Shown piece after piece: positions 1 through 64,000 of a stretch of 64,000 bases of DNA; positions within the stretch are counted from its first letter, which is position 1; every line of letters starts with the position of its first letter. Position numbers and translations under genes: made by a program. Origin of the DNA: Schmidtea polychroa (taxonomy: Eukaryota); contig CM097885.1 of the NCBI GenBank assembly GCA_044892525.1, positions 235,230,001 to 235,294,000 on the forward strand, in the 5' to 3' direction. Under the pieces are notes generated by a model. That model made no database searches. It saw only the letters and a program-made list of their open reading frames with translations, and had not been told where the DNA came from.

Positions 1-1020
1 TTATTTAATCCACCATGAATACTTTGCTTTTAGTTTCTCTCTCTCTTAAACATCCATTTAAAAATTTGAATTATTAAACCTATAGAAAAACAAAGATTTT
101 TTTCTGTAAAATAATATCCATTTCATCTTGATGGCAATCATATAACAGTTCGACAAATCTGGTAGTGTTACATTTCAAAACTAATACTCTTCCTTATAAT
201 ACGGTTTATTTCACTCAATATATAAGAAATGTGGTGGTTGTAATGGTAAGGAATTACATGAAAAAGTTTATATTAATTATGAACAATGTTGCAATCTAAG
301 CTAATGGATGTGAGTTATTGTTTCTTTCGTCCTATTTGGATTTCTGAACCTAATCGAAGATTGTTTCGTCAAGTAGACAGCTTATATCAGATATAAGTGA
401 TAAATGATTAATTAAATTGTTACTCTTCGTAAAAATATAAAAAATTTAATAATTTAAATTTGCTTTTTCTATTTATTCTTCAATTTTTACAAAAACATTA
501 CTTTTTTTTATTATAGATTTATTTTTTCAATTTTATAGATGAAAGAGTATGCAAAAAAGGAAAACATATATAAAGGATTAAATAAATAAATATATCATTA
601 TGTTTGAAATGAACGCAAATCCATGTAATGTTTCTTACAAGAAGTATACGAGATATTTTACATCTATTTATAAATAACATTTTTTGCTCTGTTGATTTTA
701 TTTTTTAGCAAAATCATGGGCTATAACAACAAGTTAATAATATTTGCTATATTCAAAAGAATTTATAGTAAATTATATTAAACATCGTTCTTGACCGATA
801 GTCTATTTTTAATAGTTCTTGATTAACTTTACTTGCTAAAACTTCTGATCAAGGAAGTAGTAGAAATAAGGTGTATTAGCAATATTCAGAGTTCACCATA
901 TATATATTATTTAATTAATCCAAATTCACGAACATCCTGCCAAATATCTAGCGGAGTTGCAGTTTTTTTAGTTTTTGTCATTTCCATTTATTTCGTCTTG
1001 GACCCTGTTTAACTGTCTAG

Positions 1021-1074
1021 TTACGACAGTGTTCATATGAGTCTTGAAAATGTAGCATCACTGTCTCTGATTGA
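1021..1074 (+). CDS. possible upstream HERC1 exon (YDSVHMSLENVASLSLIE)
   Basis: Follows a CTAG acceptor at 1020 and loosely resembles HERC1 CSLYEAALCLFEE. It is phase-compatible with the next exon only through an AAG acceptor at 1189. Confidence 0.3.
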
Positions 1075-1181
1075 GTGTTTTAATTCTGGATTCTTAATAG
1101 GAACTTTGTTTTGTAAATGAAATTCTATTCTTAAACGATTCAAATTTTGCAATTTTTTTTATTTTAATTTGACACTATCAG

Positions 1182-63526
<62,345 letters not shown>

Positions 63527-64000
63527 GTAGGTTTAGTAATTGTAAGATATGTAAGACTAAAATTTTTCTAAGCAAATCCTTAATATATATTCATATTAAA
63601 ATCTCTATTCATGATTTGAATCTAAGATTCTCAAGTTGGTTTATATAAAACTCAATAAAGTTAAGTAGTCAAAATAAAGGTTATGGAAACCTTTGTGGTT
63701 TTTATTTTAATGATTTAAAAGTTTTGTGACAAAAAGTTCGGTTTTTAATGCCCCTCCTAAAACATACCCCTGTGATAGGAGTATATCGAGTAGGATTTTT
63801 AACCCCTTAAATATTTATTCCAGTTCCTCAGTATTTTTAGTATTTTAAAAAATTAAAAAGAGGAAATTGTTAAATTTATATTAAATATTTAAAATCAATA
63901 TTAGAATGATTTTATATTATAAAGAAAATTTTGTATTGAAAATGTATAAAATGGAATAAATATAGAGTTAGGGTACCCTACGGGTGGTTACCTGGGGGTG

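Noticed and set aside
1..1020. Further N-terminal HERC1 exons (for example 709-768 and 816-870)
   Set aside because: Candidate joins hit an in-frame TAA or lack convincing similarity, so the start codon could not be placed.

Overview
Very AT-rich eukaryotic (animal-like) genomic DNA. Almost the whole window is one + strand, intron-rich gene for a highly divergent HERC1-type giant E3 ubiquitin ligase. I traced 54 phase-compatible GT-AG exons by hand (1182..63526, about 10245 nt, about 3415 aa). They encode RCC1-like domain 1, a helical region, SPRY, a Zn-finger-like motif, WD40 repeats and RCC1-like domain 2. The N-terminus is unresolved, and the HECT domain should lie beyond the right edge. 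Introns are bimodal: 24 are 34-57 nt, and the rest range from about 140 nt to several kb and contain (TA)n/(TAA)n microsatellites and transposon relics (hAT, mariner, a DD39D plant-mariner-like element, Tigger/pogo, Tc1/IS630, piggyBac, Merlin, Helitron-like, two solo LTRs with 5-bp TSDs, and Penelope-like retroelements). The most notable hidden signal is about 11 minimal hammerhead ribozyme motifs in three sequence families, two with the U3-A8 core variant. They sit in Penelope-type repeats and fold-back arrays. Copies in the sense orientation of the host pre-mRNA all carry weakening changes, while several antisense copies are intact. All calls are from manual reading and recalled family motifs; no searches were run.
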